Below are positions 63,149-64,000 of a DNA stretch of 64,000 nucleotides, piece after piece. Both the position numbers and the translations under genes were made by a program. The notes beneath the pieces are model-generated. The model searched no databases and was not told where the DNA came from. It saw only the letters and a list, made by a program, of their open reading frames with translations. Each line of letters begins with the position of its first letter. The first letter of the stretch is position 1. This DNA comes from a virus (taxonomy: Duplodnaviria > Caudoviricetes), in the IMG/VR virus record IMGVR_UViG_3300017754_004939, positions 710 to 64,709 of that record; one strand, given 5' to 3'.

Positions 63149-64000
63149 AGATAGCTTTCCACAGCAATCAATTAGGGTTAAGAGGTACAGAAGTTAGTCT
63201 TTATAATTACGCATTATACAACGAAGAAGTATTAGGTAACGAGAGTGTAATTATAACATTTGAAGGCACTAATTTAGAAGCTAAAAAGAAGTTCTCAGAT
63301 AGGTTTGAAACCCTAGTTGAGCCGTGGACTAAATACGAAGAAGTCTTAAAGACTAAAAATATAGATTATCTCTACATGCAAAAGGCTGGTTGGAATGATG
63401 GTTACTTTCTTAATAACATTCCAACCTTAATTCATTGTGTTTTTAGAGGGTATCAACCTCATGGCTATAGAACAGCTTTTATTTCAGATTACTTAGCAGA
63501 AGTTCATAACTACGAACCTTCTCTATACTCAGTTCCATACATTGTTAATAACTTACCTAAAGCTAGTTTCTCTCTTAGGGACAAATTAAAGATACCTCAA
63601 AAACACATTGCTCTTGGTTACCATGGCGGCGCTGATCAATTTAGTATTGGTTATGCTAAGAAAGCTATAGAGCGAGTTCTATGGGTTAGAGACGACTTAC
63701 ATTTTATCTTCTTAAATATAACTCCTTGGATACAGCACCCTAATGTACATTTCTTACCTGGTACATTTAGCATGGATTACAAGGCTGCTTTTATAGAAGC
63801 TTGCGATGGTATGATTCATGCAAGAGAAGATGGAGAGACTTTTGGAATGTCAATAGCTGAATTTGCTATAAAAGATAAGCCAGTAATAACACAAGGCTTT
63901 GCTCCTGATTGGGCTCATATTCAAATGCTAGGAGATACAGGTATATATTATCACTCTGAAAAGCAATTGTATTGTATATTAAAAGACTTTGAAAGAGTCC
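63145..64000 (+). CDS. GT-B (GT4-like) glycosyltransferase, partial (runs off the window; absent from the ORF track)
   Basis: MKIAFHSNQLGLRGTEVSLYNYA...HAREDGETFGMSIAEF; TAAATA-N7-ATG. Confidence 0.85.
   Translation, partial: MKIAFHSNQLGLRGTEVSLYNYALYNEEVLGNESVIITFEGTNLEAKKKFSDRFETLVEPWTKYEEVLKTKNIDYLYMQKAGWNDGYFLNNIPTLIHCVFRGYQPHGYRTAFISDYLAEVHNYEPSLYSVPYIVNNLPKASFSLRDKLKIPQKHIALGYHGGADQFSIGYAKKAIERVLWVRDDLHFIFLNITPWIQHPNVHFLPGTFSMDYKAAFIEACDGMIHAREDGETFGMSIAEFAIKDKPVITQGFAPDWAHIQMLGDTGIYYHSEKQLYCILKDFERV

Noticed and set aside
1-64000. Stop-codon reassignment, as in some large phages
   Set aside because: TAG (22349, 51885, 61809) and TGA (17035, 18247) end genes cleanly, ORFs are unbroken under code 11, and no suppressor tRNA is present.
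51901-64000. Giant eukaryotic virus (NCLDV) or bacterial chromosome origin
   Set aside because: tmRNA, sigma70 and T4-late-type promoters, lipoprotein/holin/lysozyme and an OM barrel indicate a bacteriophage; no bacterial housekeeping context.

Overview
A 64-kb, AT-rich, densely coding segment of a large T4-like (probably jumbo) bacteriophage of a diderm host; standard genetic code 11. Contents: (i) very large low-complexity virion fibre proteins (a 2710-aa protein with five six-bladed repeat domains on Thr/Pro stalks; a 2462-aa collagen of about 630 Gly-X-Y triplets followed by a tip/chaperone cassette and a 2OG-Fe(II) prolyl-hydroxylase-like gene); (ii) a ClpC-type unfoldase, class II RNR, DUF932, HNH and PD-(D/E)xK nucleases and an outer-membrane beta-barrel; (iii) a lysis region with lysozyme, two holin-like genes, a unimolecular-spanin-like lipoprotein and an orphan chemoreceptor-like sensor; (iv) a nucleotidyltransferase / RNA-ligase-like / metallophosphoesterase trio; (v) a large glycan synthesis and decoration region; (vi) eight tRNAs and a tmRNA with an unusually long, internally duplicated tag. 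Two window-wide signals stand out: many genes start exactly 5 nt after a T4-late-like TAAATA box, implying leaderless mRNAs, and many of those late genes encode N-termini resembling the T4 capsid-targeting sequence, suggesting enzymes packaged in the head and injected. All family calls come from motif recognition by eye; no database search was run.
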